From Octopus sinensis (Eukaryota), in assembly GCF_006345805.1 (NCBI RefSeq), contig NC_043001.1, positions 37,696,001 through 37,760,000 on the forward strand: 64,000 nucleotides of DNA. Direction: 5' to 3'. The position numbers and the translations under genes were made by a program. The stretch's first letter is position 1. Each line of letters starts with the position of its first letter. Under the pieces are notes generated by a model that searched no databases, had not been told where the DNA came from, and saw only the letters and a list, made by a program, of their open reading frames with translations. Shown here one piece after another: positions 25,444 to 39,403 of the stretch.

Positions 25444-25844
25444 ATTATATACAGTCACCAAGTACTATTCAATAAATCTGGTACTGGTGTAGGAAATTGA
25501 CTATGAGAACAATCTTTGTTGAGTGGGTATGGAAGTAAGAATGGCAGATAAACAAAAGTAGATGTAAGGAGTATATTTACATAGAAGTTTGTAAACACAT
25601 ACTTTATTCCAGTCTCTAGGCTCCATTTACTGACTACTACCTACTGATATCACACACTATGGATAAACAATTTTTAGACACTTTATCCAAGGACACTCCT
25701 CTTCCCCCTCAAGATATTTAAATGGGATTACTGCACCAGAAAAAAATATAATGATGCCATTGGATATATGTGATGGTAGGCTCAAATTCAATAACTCTAT
25801 GAATAAAGTATACTTTAATTACATATAAAAAAAAAGGTTTATAA

Positions 25845-26120
25845 AACCTTGCTTATTTGAAAGTAACTCACTCCACATGATCAAGAATATGAAATTTTTC
25901 AAACACATTAATATTTTCAAGGATCCCTCCAGGTTTATTTCTAAGATTAAAAAGTTTCCAAATGAATACATATTCTCAGACAAAACTGGAAACCTATACA
26001 CTCTCCTAAATAATATGTAGCTGGATCTCATCACCAAGGAACTAAAGAGGAACTACACAGAAGCTAATCAGAATATACTTAAGAAGATTAATGATCAGCA
26101 GTGTAACTTATAAGAACTTG
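25845..26120 (+). pseudogene. Penelope-like ORF N-terminal (pre-RT) fragment
   Basis: Frame reads LFESNSLHMIKNMKFFKHINIFKD...YIFSDKTGNLYTLLNNM*LDLITKELKRNYTEANQNILKKIND, resembling the Penelope pattern FExDLxxMIxNIKF...ADKTxNxY...YxK...IN. Confidence 0.6.
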
Positions 26121-26389
26121 TGCATAGAATATTGTTTCTATTTTTGGGGGGGATGTGACTTTATTGAAAATTTAGATAATTTAATAATTACATATATAAC
26201 ATGAATGTATATGATACATATATAATATATAACATAATGTGTGTGATACATATATAATACAAAACCACATTAAAATTCAAATCCAAAACTGAAGAAAACA
26301 CAAGCCTGAATGAAGAAAGAAAATAAAGAGAAGAAAGAAGAAAAAGAGGAAGAAAGACAGAAAAAGCATCAATTCAACACTAAGTGCTT

Positions 26390-26893
26390 CAATTGGTTGC
26401 ACACTGCGAGGTTCAACAGAACCTACTGAAGTAAGCCAACATGCTCGCAGAATTACCATGGGTAATAATGAGGCTTAGGTGTTGGAATAACCAAGCACCT
26501 TCACAGGCATCACTTGACACTTTGGTAAGGTGAGCTGCCAACAATGATAAAAAACTTTGCTGTTAGTGGTCCAGCCCCTCCAAATGTCTCAAACACAACA
26601 GGCTGGAAGAAATGGTTCACTGACAAGTCTTGATATTTAAAGGTTCTGTTCCATTCAGCTACAGAAGCAGTTTCCCTCCCACTTACTGTGACATCCAGGA
26701 TGTGAGAAGGAGCAAAGGAGTCACAGACAGAGGCATCCAAGATGAGGTACCTACCTTTTACCCAGGGAGAAAGAGTAAACGCTACACATCTAGACTCCCC
26801 TCGCTTCATCCTGTAGCCAGATTTCTCTAATAAGCCATTGATCAGACTTATTTGCCTCACTAAATCTGACTTGGGATGTGTTAGAATACACAT
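26390..26893 (-). pseudogene. CRE-like non-LTR retrotransposon 3' end (restriction-like endonuclease domain), frameshifted
   Basis: TLSPWVKGRYLILDASVCDSFAPSH...AE...KYQDL...FQPVVFETFGGAG, then after a frameshift EGAWLFQHLSLIITHGNSASML. Confidence 0.8.
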
Positions 26894-28652
26894 TTTTGAT
26901 AAGATTATCCCTATAGTAAAAGATACACTTTTTTACTAGAACAGCATGGGGTATATGATCACTTGGTTTCACACTTTCCCTAACAAAGCTTATATCACTT
27001 TTCTCCTGTTCAATATCTCTAAATTATTATGCTTCTGTCTCCCCCATTCTCCAAAGATTTAATATTTGGTAAGAAACCTGCATACCTCTCTTGCTCTGAC
27101 ATTGATATTATTTTAACAGCAAGAAAGACCTCTTTCAAAAATAGCACTAAAGTAGCTCATTTCTTAAACATTTCTCTAGACTTATAATCCAGCTTATAAT
27201 GGAGTTTTTTTTCTGTGTTCAAATGTAACTTGAGTAAAGTGTTACCAATTTTAGCATGTTACCAAATAAATAAATAATGTTGAAAGTCAATGAAACAGTT
27301 GCATCTGTGAAGCATTGAGAAAATACATCAGATGGCTATATTAGAACAAACATCGTAATTTATTTGGGTTGCAATGAGAGTAGGCAATTGTTGTATGTAG
27401 GAATCAAGGAAGGCCTTTGAACTTACTATTACACAAATGGGTAGAAGCATACCACAATAAAGGTAGTAAGAAGTTTAAACAGGCAGGTTCCATCCATAGG
27501 GAATAATGGGATTTGCTGTGTGAGCTTAATGTAATCCTGTAGTTTACAGCATTGAGTCAGTGAAATAACACAGCTGCTCATGTTGAAGTAATGCTGTCAG
27601 GAGTAGTGTCCTTCTGAAGTTCCATTGGAGACAGTTGTACTCATGTTGAAGTCTCCTGCTAACTGCTGACTGGAACAGAATTCCTTTCTGGACAGATGAC
27701 ACTGAATTTATAGTTATGCAACCAGCTCTGATTGGATGCAGTTGCCAAAGCACAACTGTGCTAATCCATGACAATAAAATAGCACTTTCTTGACTCACTA
27801 GAAGCTTATACTACCATAAGCATATGAATCTCTACATTATATTAACATCCAATGCATTCTGAGTTCAAATTCTGCCAAGGTCAACTTTGCCTATAAATTC
27901 AGTACCAGTTGCATACTGGGGTTGATGTAATCAACTATCCCTCTCCCCCAAATTTCAGGTCTTGTTGCCTATAGTAGAAAGGATTATATTAACATCCAAT
28001 CTAATTACCCTAAATCCATTTTAAATAGAATTTGTCAAAGGCAATCCCATTAAGATTAACAACCTCCCCACTAAGGAGGACATTTTTAACATGCGTGTCC
28101 CCTACTACAACCAAACCCTCCTCACTAACAAATCTTTAGAAATATCACCACCACCACCACCACACCACCACCACCACCACTACTACTACTACTACTACTT
28201 CTTTTTCTTCTTCTTCTTTGTAATCATTATCTCCATTATTATTTTACATCTGTTTTCCATGATGGCATGGGCTGGGCAGCTTGACAAGAGCTAGAAAAAC
28301 CAAGGGCTGCACCAGGTTCCAGAGTTTGCTTTTGGTTTGGTTTCTACAGCTGAATGCCCTTCCTAATGCCAACCACTTTACAGTGTACTGGGTGCTTTTT
28401 ATGTGGCACCAGCACTAGTGATTTTTACATGGTTTTAGGACTAGTGTGTTTAACATGATACCAGCATCAATACTTCATAATTATTAAGCTTCTTTTGTGC
28501 TCTAGGAACGAATAACTAGAGGCAGACCTAGAGAGTAATGGGTACGATATAAGTGACACATATAAAGATTAGAAACTGAGATAATAAGATTGTGGCAAGG
28601 ATAGCACCTTAATCCTCATAGTAATAAGAGTAATGGGAATAATGAAGAAGAG

Positions 28653-29060
28653 TACTCTCTTTTACTCTTTTACTTGTTTCAGTCATTTGACTGCAGCCAT
28701 GCTGGAGCACTGCCTTTAGTCAAGCAAATCGACCCAAGGACTTATTCTTTGTAAGCCTAGTACTTATTCTATCAGTCTCTTTTGTTGAACCGCTAAGATA
28801 CGGGGATGTAAACATACCAGCATTGGTTGTCAAGTGATGTTGGGGGGACAAACACAGACACACAAACAAACACACACATAGATATACATATGCATATATA
28901 CGACGGGCTTCTTTCAGTTTCCAGCTACCAAATCCACTCAAAAGGCTTTGGTCTACCCGAGGCAATAGCAGAAGACACTTGCCCAAGGTGCCACACAGTG
29001 GGACTGAACCTGGAACCATGTGGTTGGTAAGCAAGCTACTTACTACACAGTCATTCCTGT
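28653..29060 (-). mobile_element. SINE family A, full length
   Basis: Family A motifs in reverse complement. Confidence 0.85.
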
Positions 29061-31435
29061 AAATATTGATGAAATGAGAAAAATGTCCCAATATATTTTT
29101 ACTTTCTACACATATATGAAAGAGGAGAAAAACATTTGTGTAGCAAAGGGTTTAGCAGTGTTTGAATAGAGGTGTGGCATGAGACCAGCCACTTCCAAGT
29201 AGTAGAATCCACTGTAGCAGAAACAAAGAGAGGAGACAGGACATCTGTAGACCAGAGGTTGGAATGTGGTGGTAAGTGTATTGCTTTATGCTAATAATAA
29301 TAGTTCTAAAATAAATAAATAAATAAATAAAACAAAGAAGAAAGAAAAAGAAACAGGAGTATTTAAATCTTCAGACACTGCTAAATTGTAAAATGGTATG
29401 ATTACAAAGTTGAGTAAATTATTGTTCAGCCTTGACTGAGCAGATGTATGATCAAAACATTCAGCCTGTGATCATCCCATCATTTTGTTGTATTTGTCAT
29501 AGTTGTAATTAGGACTGTATTATCCAATGTGTCCTGTTGTTTCTTTTTAAAGATAGTAGGGTGTGATTTGGATGAGATTTAGTTGCTATTTCTAATAGCT
29601 CAAGCATCTACACTAAGTCTCCCTCATAAGCTCAAAACTGAGAAAGTAGAAACAAATAGCACATTTTGTTTGTTTCTTTTCTTTATTTTTTGTCTTCTGT
29701 TATTTTTGCATTCTTTGGCCAGGAGGAAGGAACTGTAACCATGGCTAATGATACTATGGAACATTGGTGGATATACAGACAGAAATATATTAGCCAAGCT
29801 AGTCAACCATTTACAGTAAATAAAAAAAAAATCAAATATAAATAAAGTTAATTATGCAAACAGAAATATATCTTGAAACAAACTAAACTTTTTTTTTTTT
29901 TGCAAAATATAAAGACTTAGAAACTGAGATAAGATTAAGGCATAGATAATACCATAGTTTCAATAGTATTAAGAATAATGAGGAAGAATATTGATGAAAT
30001 AAGAAAAATGTTTTAATGTACTTTTACTCTCTACACATATATGAGAGAAAGAAAAAAAAAACCTTTGTGTAACAAAGAAAACAAAGAGACATTGATGAAA
30101 ACAACAAGAATAACCAACAATTCTATCCAACCAATAACCAATACACATATATCTATCTAATATATGCACATATATATATATAACTAATACATATATATAT
30201 CTGTATCACATGTCTGTACATAACAATGGCAAATAATAATTCACACATGCTCACAAAAACAAAAACTAATTCCACATTGTTGCTTAATATCCAAAACAGG
30301 CATATAATCTAACTTGGTTAAAAATGAAAATGATACTATTGCTGCAGCAGCTGTAGAAGGTGCAACAACAACAACAACAGCAACAGAAACAACTACAACA
30401 GCAATTATAATGATGGATACTTTTAATTATATTTGTAAGAGCCTTTTGTCTAAGAAGGTACACTGTTATTTGTATCAACTCCCGTATCTTACAAGTACTT
30501 ATTATATACAAATGGATGAAAAACTGCCAACTTGAGTGGAATCTGAATTGAAAACAAGACACTGACCAAAAAGAAAAAAAGATACACTACCCTCATGAAA
30601 TGCAATAACTTCTAAAAATGATTTCTTCTCTAATTACATAACCAATTTTCTAGATGAGAAGTCTTATTAGCTTCAAAACAATAGAAAATCAAGTCAAATG
30701 TTGTGGGATCTAAACTCAGAATGTAGAGGTATATACAAAACCAAATATTATTAGACACTCCTGGTAACATGCCACATTCAATAATCTTCTAATTAATAAT
30801 TAGTTCTTACATAGATATAAATATTATAAGTCAAAGGTTTATAATTGCTTTTTCATCTATGCATCATAATTACACCATAATGGTCTTTCAATCTGGTTCT
30901 ACTATTTACTCATTCTATAAGGTGGTGAGCAGATAGAATGATTAAACATGTCAGGCAAAATAGTTGGTAGCATTTTTTCTGGATCTTAACATTCTGAGTT
31001 CCAATCTTGCTGTGATCAACTTTGCCTTTCATCCTTTTGGGGTTGATAAAATAAAATATCACTTAAGTATTGGGGGCTTGATGCAATGAAGTTGTCCCTT
31101 CTCTTCAAAATTGCTGGCTTTATGTCAAAAATTAGAAAGGCTTATTTATTCATTCTAAATTAACCATTATATTTGATTTGTGTTTCCTCAACAAGCTTAT
31201 TCAGTTATTTCTTCTTGAGATATCATTATCAATAACATGTGTTGCATATATTTGTATGACCCAATACTTACCCATTTACCCCTCAAAACTTTTGTGAAGC
31301 AATCAAATCTCTCCCAATTATTTCTATTTTTAATGTGTAAATCTCACTCATTCTTGCTGTAGCATCAATAGGTAAAATACAAAGACAATCTGCCTAGAAA
31401 ATTGTGATTCCAAAAAAACAGATCATGGAATAGAG

Positions 31436-31847
31436 TAGTGGTTCTCAAACCTTTCCTGGCCATTGCCCACTAAAAGCAGTCTTTGATGTAAAATTGATAT
31501 TCGCCCACCAAAAGATGATAACAAATATTAAATATAATGTAATTATGACTAATCAGCACTAAAAAAATTATGTACATGTAAAAGCAAAAGAGAAGTGAAT
31601 TAAAGTGAATTAAAATACAACTGTGAGCTCTGAGACTGGTGATGCTCTGCTAAAAATTCAATGTCAGGCTTAATGCTACTCAGATACGAATATCTCCACA
31701 TGAAATAATGTCAAATCTGTTTCTTTCTTTCTGCAAAATGTGATTGACAGTACCAAATCCAGTTTCGACAAGATATGATGTTGGGAAAGCACAAAAGTAC
31801 TTTCGACATTTGTGACCACAAGTTTGGATCTAGTGATTTTACAGTGT
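31436..31847 (-). mobile_element. hAT-Charlie (ZBED5/SCAND3-like) transposon 3' end with TIR
   Basis: TIR-like TAGTGGTTCTCAAAC at 31436; minus frames DPNLWSQ / AFPTSYLVETGFGTVNHILQKERNRFDIISCGDIR (hAT C-terminal dimerisation region). Confidence 0.8.
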
Positions 31848-34800
31848 CTCATCATCATCATCATCATCATCAACAATTAATGTCCGTTTTCCATGCTGGC
31901 ATGGGTTGGACAGTTTGACTGAGGTCTGGAGAGGCAGCGGCTGCATCAGGCTCCAATCTGATCTGGCAAAGTTTCTACAGCTGGATGCCCTACGTAATAC
32001 CAACCATTCTGAGAGTGTACAGGGTGCTTTTTACATGCCACTGGCACAGGAGCCAGTCAGTGGGTACTGGCATCAGTCATGTTCGGTTGGTGCTTTTTAC
32101 ATGCCACCGGCATGGGAGCCAGTCAGGCAGATCTGGCACTGACCACGTTTGAATGGTGCTTTTTATGTGCCACCAGCATGGGAACCTGTAAGGGGGCACC
32201 GGTCCCAGCTACGATACTGGTTTTACTTGACTGAACAAGTCTTCTCAAGCATATCATATCGCCTGACGCATCAGGGGTATTCTTAACAGGGCTGAACATG
32301 CATGGCTGTGATCTCACCTTAGTTGCCAGTCCTTCTCAATCACAGCATATCTCCAAAGGTCCCGGTTTCCTGTCATTGCCTCTGTAAGGCCCAATGTTGA
32401 AAGGTAATGCTTCACTACCTCATCCCATGTCTTCCTGAGTCTACCTCTTCCACAGGTTCCTTCTACAGTTGGGGAGTGGCACTCACACAACTGTTGTCAT
32501 TCATATGTAACAGATAGTCATACCAGCACAGTTGCCTCTCTTGCACACCACATTTGATGCTTCTCATGCCCAACTTTTCTCTCAGGGTGCTAACACTCTG
32601 TCATATATGCACACTGACATTACACATCCAGCGGATCATACCAGCTTCATTTCTTTCAAGCCATAGCATGTCCTCAGCATTCATGGCCCATGTTTCACTG
32701 CCGTGTTGCATGGCAGTTTGCACACATGCATCATACAGTCTACCTTTCACCCTGAATGAGAGGCCCTTAGTTGCCAGCAGAGGTAAGAGCTCCCTGAACT
32801 TTGTCCAGGCAATTCTTACTCTAGTCGCTACACTCTCAGAGCAACCGTCCCCCACTACAGACTTAGTCGCCTAGGTAGCAGAAGCTATTAACTACTTCTA
32901 GTTTCTCCCCCTGGCATGTGATGGAATCTGTTTTATGTACATCTACTGTGTTTATTGCCCCTGTGCATCTGCCACACACAAAAGCTATTTTCCCGGTTAA
33001 CCTTCCTTTGATATTGCTGCACCTTTTATGTGTCCATAGCTTACACCAGGTATCTTATGGAGTTTCTACCCATGCCTTTTCTACAGATCAAGCAGGGCCA
33101 TCTACCTGAAAGGGAGGGGGTGATTTGACAGCCTTCCTACTTACTAAGACATTGGTTTTGGCTAGGTTAAAACTAAGGCACTTCGATTCTAGACCTTTCT
33201 TCCACACCCTAAACTTCGTCTCCAGTTCTGGCAGTGACTCAGCTATTAGAGCAAGGTCATCAGCATAGAGGAGCTCCCAGAGGCAGCCTGTATTGAATTC
33301 CTCTGTTATTGCCTGGAGAACTATAATGATTAAGAAGGGGCTGAGGACTGATCCTAGGTGAACCCCTACTTCTACTTGGAATTCTTCACTATACTTGTTA
33401 CCAACCCTCATCTTGCTGACAGCATCCCTGTAGAGGGCTTGTACAGCTCTTACCAGCCACTCATCTATCCCCAGCTTCTCCATTGACCACCAGATAAGGA
33501 ATCAGGGGACCTTGTCAAAGGCTTTCTCCAAGACAACAAAAGCCAAGTACAAAGGTTTATCATTGGCTAGGTATTTCTACTGCAGTTGCCTTACCAGAAA
33601 TATAGCATCAGTGGTGCTTCTGCTTGACACAAAATCAAACTGCATCTCATCTAGGCTAACTCTTTCCTTAATTAGTTGGGCTATGACCCTCTCTGTAACT
33701 TTCATCACGTGATCCAATAATTTGATATCCCTGTAGTTATTTCTATCTAAAGCATTACTTTTCCCTTTGTAGCAGTTGACTATGGTGCTGCTACACCAGT
33801 CATTGAGTATGACTCCTTCACGAACTACTTGATTTACGATGCAGGTGACAAGATTATAACACACACCACCTGATATTTTAAGCACCCAGCAGTGATTCCT
33901 GTTGGGCCAGGTGCTTTCTCTATCTTCATATCCTTAATTGCTTTATCTACCTGGATACTGTTGATTCAGGTGGCTGGTCTCTCAATTTGGTCAAACTTTG
34001 GCAGACTCTCTTCCTTCCATTCATTCTCCACATTTAGCAGTCTTTCATAATCGCTTCTCCAAGCCCTTTTCTTTGCAGAATCATAAAATGCAAGAACACC
34101 ATCATCCATACGGACACATTTCTCTCCTATGACATCACGGTTTCTCTCACACACTGTCTTGCAATCCGAAATACTTCAGATCCCTATTCCTCACATCGCT
34201 GAACATTGGCAAACTTCTTCTTTTCTGCTACTCCCTTGGCTATAAAAAACTTGTCTCTTAGCTTCCCTTTTGGCTATCTGATACATTCTCCTGATACCCC
34301 ACTCTTCCAGGCATTCCAAGCACTAATGGCTCTGTCAACAGTATTGTTCCACCACCTTGTTACCCTAGGTCTGGAAGGGACTTTGCACCAGCCACAGATT
34401 TGGTCTGTGGCACTCAGTAAGCTGTCTCGCAGGAATTCCCAGCTGCCTTCAATGTCACAGGACTGTAGCTCCTCCTCCCTATCATCAAATTTCTCAGTAA
34501 GGATAACACTAAATCTCTGACCATGTGAAGAATTCCTAAGCTTCCAAGCCCTTCTTTTCCAGATTAGTCTAGTTCTTGGCATCCTTCTGGCCTCAAGTCT
34601 AAAGTCACTAATAACTAATCTATGTCGCAGGGTAAATTCTTCTCCAGCAACTATGCATCCCACTATCTGGTGAGAATGAAATTGATCTGGCTAGCATAGT
34701 CACCTGATTGATAGGTTATCAGGTGGCTGACTGGCTTCCTAAAGTTGGTGTTGCAGATCAATAAGTTATTTGCATTGCAGAACTCTAGAAGCCTAGTTTC

Positions 34801-35252
34801 CTCTTCATTTCTGGTACCAGCTCCATGGCTCCCATATACACCATGGAAGATACCAGACTGCTGTCTGACATGCCCATTAAAATCTCCAGCCACAAAGATG
34901 AGATCATTATCATTCGTCTTTGAAGTAGCCTGCAGAAGAATATCATAAAAGTGATCCTTCTATTCATTTGGTAGTCCACATGTGGAGCGTAGGCAGAGAT
35001 AATTGTAGCTATACCATTCTGCAAGACTAGCCTGAGTTTAAGTACTCTATCACACACCCTCACTACCTCTATGACCTTATCCACCCATTTCTCCGCAAGA
35101 AATATGCCCACACCCCCTATTCCATCACTATTACCTTCCCAGAAGAGTTTATACCTATGTACTCTGCTTGTGAGGACTCTGGCTGAAGCTCCTCTCCATC
35201 TTACCTCTTGTACACAACATACATCAACATGTCTCCATTCAAGCATCATACA
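31848..35252 (-). mobile_element. RTE-clade LINE copy 1, near full length, multiply frameshifted
   Basis: APE motifs (DVCCVQEVRWRG, ISAYAP, AGDFNGH), RT motifs (GVHLGSVLSPFL, LLYADDL), 3' UTR and (GAT)n tail at ~31848. Confidence 0.92.
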
Positions 35253-35850
35253 TCAACAGATCTCTGACAATCTTTCTTTATTGAACTCAATTTGAAATTT
35301 ATCATTACATTTTATCTTGATGACTTCCTCTGGGATATTTTTGTGTGCACTGTGAGGATCGTAGTTGAATGGGTCAATAATCCATGGCTGAATAATGAAG
35401 TTAAATAAATCAGCAGATCTAGTTTCTAGCCAGACAGGTGGTTGCAATAAATACCAATGTCATTTTCACATAAGTCGATTTCTGCTAGTTTGGGTATATA
35501 ATGAAACTGTCTTAGTTTTAAATTGATTTGAAAAAGATGGAGTTTTTCAACAAAAGCTCCCATCACCCATTTATAGTCTATCAGTGTTATCATTTTTCCC
35601 TGCAGCAGAAGAGAGGCCTTGTTCAGCTTATGGAAAATCCAACTAAGATAGTGTATGTTTGTCTTTTGAACTTGAATTTCAGTGGCTAAGTCTGAGATTT
35701 TTTCTGTTCATAAGAATACAACTATTGTATTAAATAAGTTTACAAATTTTTCCAAGCAGTTGCCTTTAGATAGCAAACGGTCATCAGTATGCAAATGAAG
35801 TCTTATATATTGTTCGTCAGCATTGACACAAAATTTTCAAAAAAGATGAT
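35253..35850 (-). pseudogene. hAT-Charlie transposase middle fragment (same element as 31436-31847)
   Basis: LHTDDRLLSKGNCLEKFVNLF...YLSWIFHKLN...LLQG...AFVEKL and PWIIDPF...EEVIKI, matching the Charlie pattern LHTEVRWLSKGNCL. Confidence 0.8.
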
Positions 35851-35899
35851 CTTATATATATCTCATATATATATATATATATATATCTTATATATATCT

Positions 35900-38662
35900 G
35901 ATATCTCTTATGCCCAACTTTTCTCTCAAGATGCTTAATTTTGTAGAACATGCACACTGACATTGCACATCCAGCAAAGCATACTGGTTTAATTTCTTTC
36001 AACCCTACACATGTCCTCGGCTGTCATAGCCTATGTTTCACTGCCATGTAGCATAACTGTTTGCACACAGGCATCATACAATCTGCCTTTCACTCTGAGG
36101 GAGAGGCCCTTTGTTACCAGCAGAGGTGGGAGCTCTCTGAACTTTGCCCAGCATAATCTTATTCTCACAGCTATGCTCTTGGAGTATCCATCTCCACTAC
36201 TAACTTGGTCACCTAGATAACGGAAGCTATCTACTACCTCTAGCTTACCCCGCTGGCAGTTGATGGAGTCTATTTTCTGTACATTTTTGGTGTTTATTGT
36301 ACCTGTGCATCTTCCACACACAAAAGCTATTTTCTGTGTTAACCTTTCTCTGATATTGCTGCACCTCTTATGTGTCCAAAACTTACACTGGGTACATCTT
36401 ATGGAGTTTCTACCTATGCTTTTACTACAGATCAAGCAGGGCCATCTACCTGAAGGGGTTTGTGATTTGTTTGCTTTCCTACTTACCAAGATTTTGCCTT
36501 TGCTAGGTTAACTCTAAGGCCATTCAATCCTAGACCTAGCTTTCATACTTGGGACTTCTCTAGTTCTGATAGTGATTCAGCTATAAGAACAAGGTCACCA
36601 GCATAGAGGAGATTAATTCAACTGTTATTGCCTGGAAGACTATGATGAACAAGAAGGGGCTGAGGACTGATACTTGGTGAACCCCTACTTGAACCTTCAA
36701 TTTTTCACCGTACTCATTGCCAACCCTCACTTTATTGGTAGCATCTTGTACATGGCTTGTAAAGCTCTCACCAGCCACTTGTCTATCCCTAGTTTCTGCA
36801 TTGACCAACAGATAAGGGATTGGGGAACCCTGTCAAAAGCTTTCTCCAAGACAACAAAAGCCAAGTACAGAGGTTTATCTTTGGCTATATATATCTCCTG
36901 CAGCTGCCTTACCAGGAATATAGCATCAGTGGTGCTTCTAACTGACACAAAATCATGTATCTCATCTAGATTAATTCTCTCCCTAATTAGTTTGGCTATG
37001 ACCCTCTCCATAACTTTCATCACTTGATCCAACAATTTGATACCTCTGTAATTATTTCTATCAAAGGCATTACCTTTACCTTTGTAGCAGTTGACTATGG
37101 TGCTGCTACACCTGTCACTGGATATGACTCCTTCGTGAAACACCTCATTTACAATACAGGTGACTAGACCAAACTCCATACCACCAGATATTTTAAGCAT
37201 CTCAACAGTGATTCCTGATGGCCTGGGCACTTACCCTGTCTTCATATCCTTAATTGCTTTAGCTATCAAGGTACTGTCGATTCAGAGAGCTGATCCCTCA
37301 ATTTGGTCAACATTTGGCAAACTCTCCTCTTCTCATTCATTCTCCATATTCAAAAGTCTTTCATAATGGCATTTGCAGATCTCTTTCTTAGCAGAACCAT
37401 TAAATGCAGACACACTTCTCACCAATGACATCATAATTTTCTCTTACACACTGTCTTGCAATCCGAAATACTTCAAGTTTTTGGTCCTCATGTTGCTGAA
37501 CATATGCAAACTTCTTTTCTGCTTTCTCTTGGTTAGAAATACCTGTCTCCTAGCTTCCTTTCTGGCTATCAGATAGAGTTCCTTGCCACTCCTACTCTTC
37601 TAGGCCTTCCAGGATGGTTTCTTTGATTTAATGGCCTTGTCTGCAGCATTGTTCTACCACCATATCCATACCTAGGTCTGGATGGGACTTTGCACCAGCC
37701 ACAGATTTGGTCTGTGGCACTCAGCAACCTGTCCCACAGGAATTCCAGTTGCTCTCTATGTCACAAGTCTGTAGTTCCCCCTCCTTCTCAAATTTCCCAA
37801 TTAGGATGTCCCTAAATCTCTGACTATATGAAGGGTCCCTAAGCTTCCAAATCCTTCTTTTCAGATTGGTCTGCTTCTTGGTATCCTTCTGGCTTGGAGT
37901 CTAAAGTCACTAATGACTAGTCTATGCTGGGTGGTACATTCTACATCAGGGAGGGTCTTTGTATTTAAGAGCAACCATGAATCCCACTGTCTGGTGAGAA
38001 TGTAATCGATCTAGCTGGCAGAGTCACCTGATTGGTAGGTTATCAGGTAGCTGGCTGGCTTCCTGAAGTTGATGTTGCAGATCAATAAGTTATTTGCATC
38101 ACAAAACTCTAGTAGCCTTGTTCCGTCTTCATTTTGGGAACCAATTCTATGGCCCCCATGAACTCCATGGAAGATATTGGACTGACATCCAATATGCCCA
38201 TTGAAATCCCCAGCCACAAAGATTGGATCATTATCATTTGTCTTTGAGGTAGCCTGCAGAAGAATATCATAAAAGTGGTCCTTCTGTTCATCTGGTAGAC
38301 CAACTTGTGGAGTATAGGCAGAGATAATTGTCACTATACTGTTCTGCAGGACTAGCCTAAGCTTAAGTAGTCTATCACACATTCTGACTACCTCTACGAC
38401 CTTATCCACCCATTTCTCTGCAAGAAGTATGCCCACACCACCTACCCTGTTGCTGTTACCTTCCCAGAAGATCTTATACCTATGTGTCTTGCCTGTGAGG
38501 AACCTGGCTGAAGCTCCTCTCCACCTTATTTCTTGGGTGCAACATACATCAACACACATCAGTTCAAGCATCTCAACAATCTTGCTAGACCTACCTTTCA
38601 ATGTGCCTACATTAACAGTGCCAACACTGAAAGTTGGAACATGGGAAAGAGAGATGGTATAC

Positions 38663-38664
<2 letters not shown>
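35900..38664 (-). mobile_element. RTE-clade LINE copy 2; ORF 5' start preserved, 3' end lost
   Basis: 217-aa APE ORF (VGTVNVGTLKGR, QEIRWRG, AYTPQVG, AGDFNGH); RT segments (NYRGIKLL, DLEKAFD-like VVLEKAFDRV); stops abruptly at a (TA)n tract. Confidence 0.92.
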
Positions 38665-38699
<35 letters not shown>

Positions 38700-38845
38700 A
38701 TATAATATATATATATATATATAAATAAGGATAAGATCATTATTTAAATATTGAATATATCAAGTGGCCAGCATGGGAATAAAAACCTTCAAAGGTAATA
38801 GTTATTATTTAAAGGTATCTCTTAGATACCCTAAATTATAATTTT

Positions 38846-38881
<36 letters not shown>

Positions 38882-38977
38882 CAGACGTTAAACGATGATG
38901 ATGATGATATATATATATATGAGAAATTAACTGCGTAAAATTCAATACAAAGAGTACTCCAATCCAATAAGAGTTCA

Positions 38978-39096
38978 ATATTACTAAACGTTTCAACTAC
39001 ATGTACTTATCGTGCTACTAATAGTTTCCTGTATATGCGTATGTTCATCAGGCACCAATCATGATAAGTACATGTAGTTGAAATGTTTAGTAATAT
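38978..39096 (-). ncRNA. Degenerate minimal hammerhead-like core (39012-39055) inside 37-bp inverted repeats
   Basis: Minus strand GTGC-CTGATGA-16 nt-GAAAC-TATTA-GTA-GCAC; arms 38978-39014 and 39060-39096 with 2 mismatches. Confidence 0.4.
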
Positions 39097-39104
39097 ATAT
39101 ATAT

Positions 39105-39403
39105 GTGGAGGCGCAATGGCCCAGTGGTAAGGGCAGCGGACTCGTGGTCGTAGGATCATGGTTTCGATTCCCAGACTGGATGTTGTGAGTGTTTATTGAG
39201 TGAAAACACCTAAAAGCTCCACGAGGCTCCGGCATGGGGTGGTGATCCCTGCTGTACTCTTTCACCACACTTTCTTTCACTCTTTCTTCTGTTGGCCTGC
39301 TCGTTTAGCCAGCGGGGTGGCGTCCTTCGAAGGCTAAAACAATGCGAATGCATTGTGACCAGCAATGTGTAACAACATCTGATGGTCTGGTCAGTCACGT
39401 GAT
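39105..39403 (+). mobile_element. tRNA-derived SINE family C1 inserted in (TA)n
   Basis: GGAGGCGCAATGGCCCAGTGGTAAG A-box, GGTTTCGATTCC B-box, CTCTTTCACCAC core. Confidence 0.8.

Noticed and set aside
30314-30535. Ala/Thr-rich ORF (and similar at 51644-51931)
   Set aside because: Driven by (ACA)n/(CTG)n trinucleotide runs.
35760-35790. CTGATGA on the minus strand
   Set aside because: It lies in the Charlie coding sequence (HTDD) and lacks GAAA.
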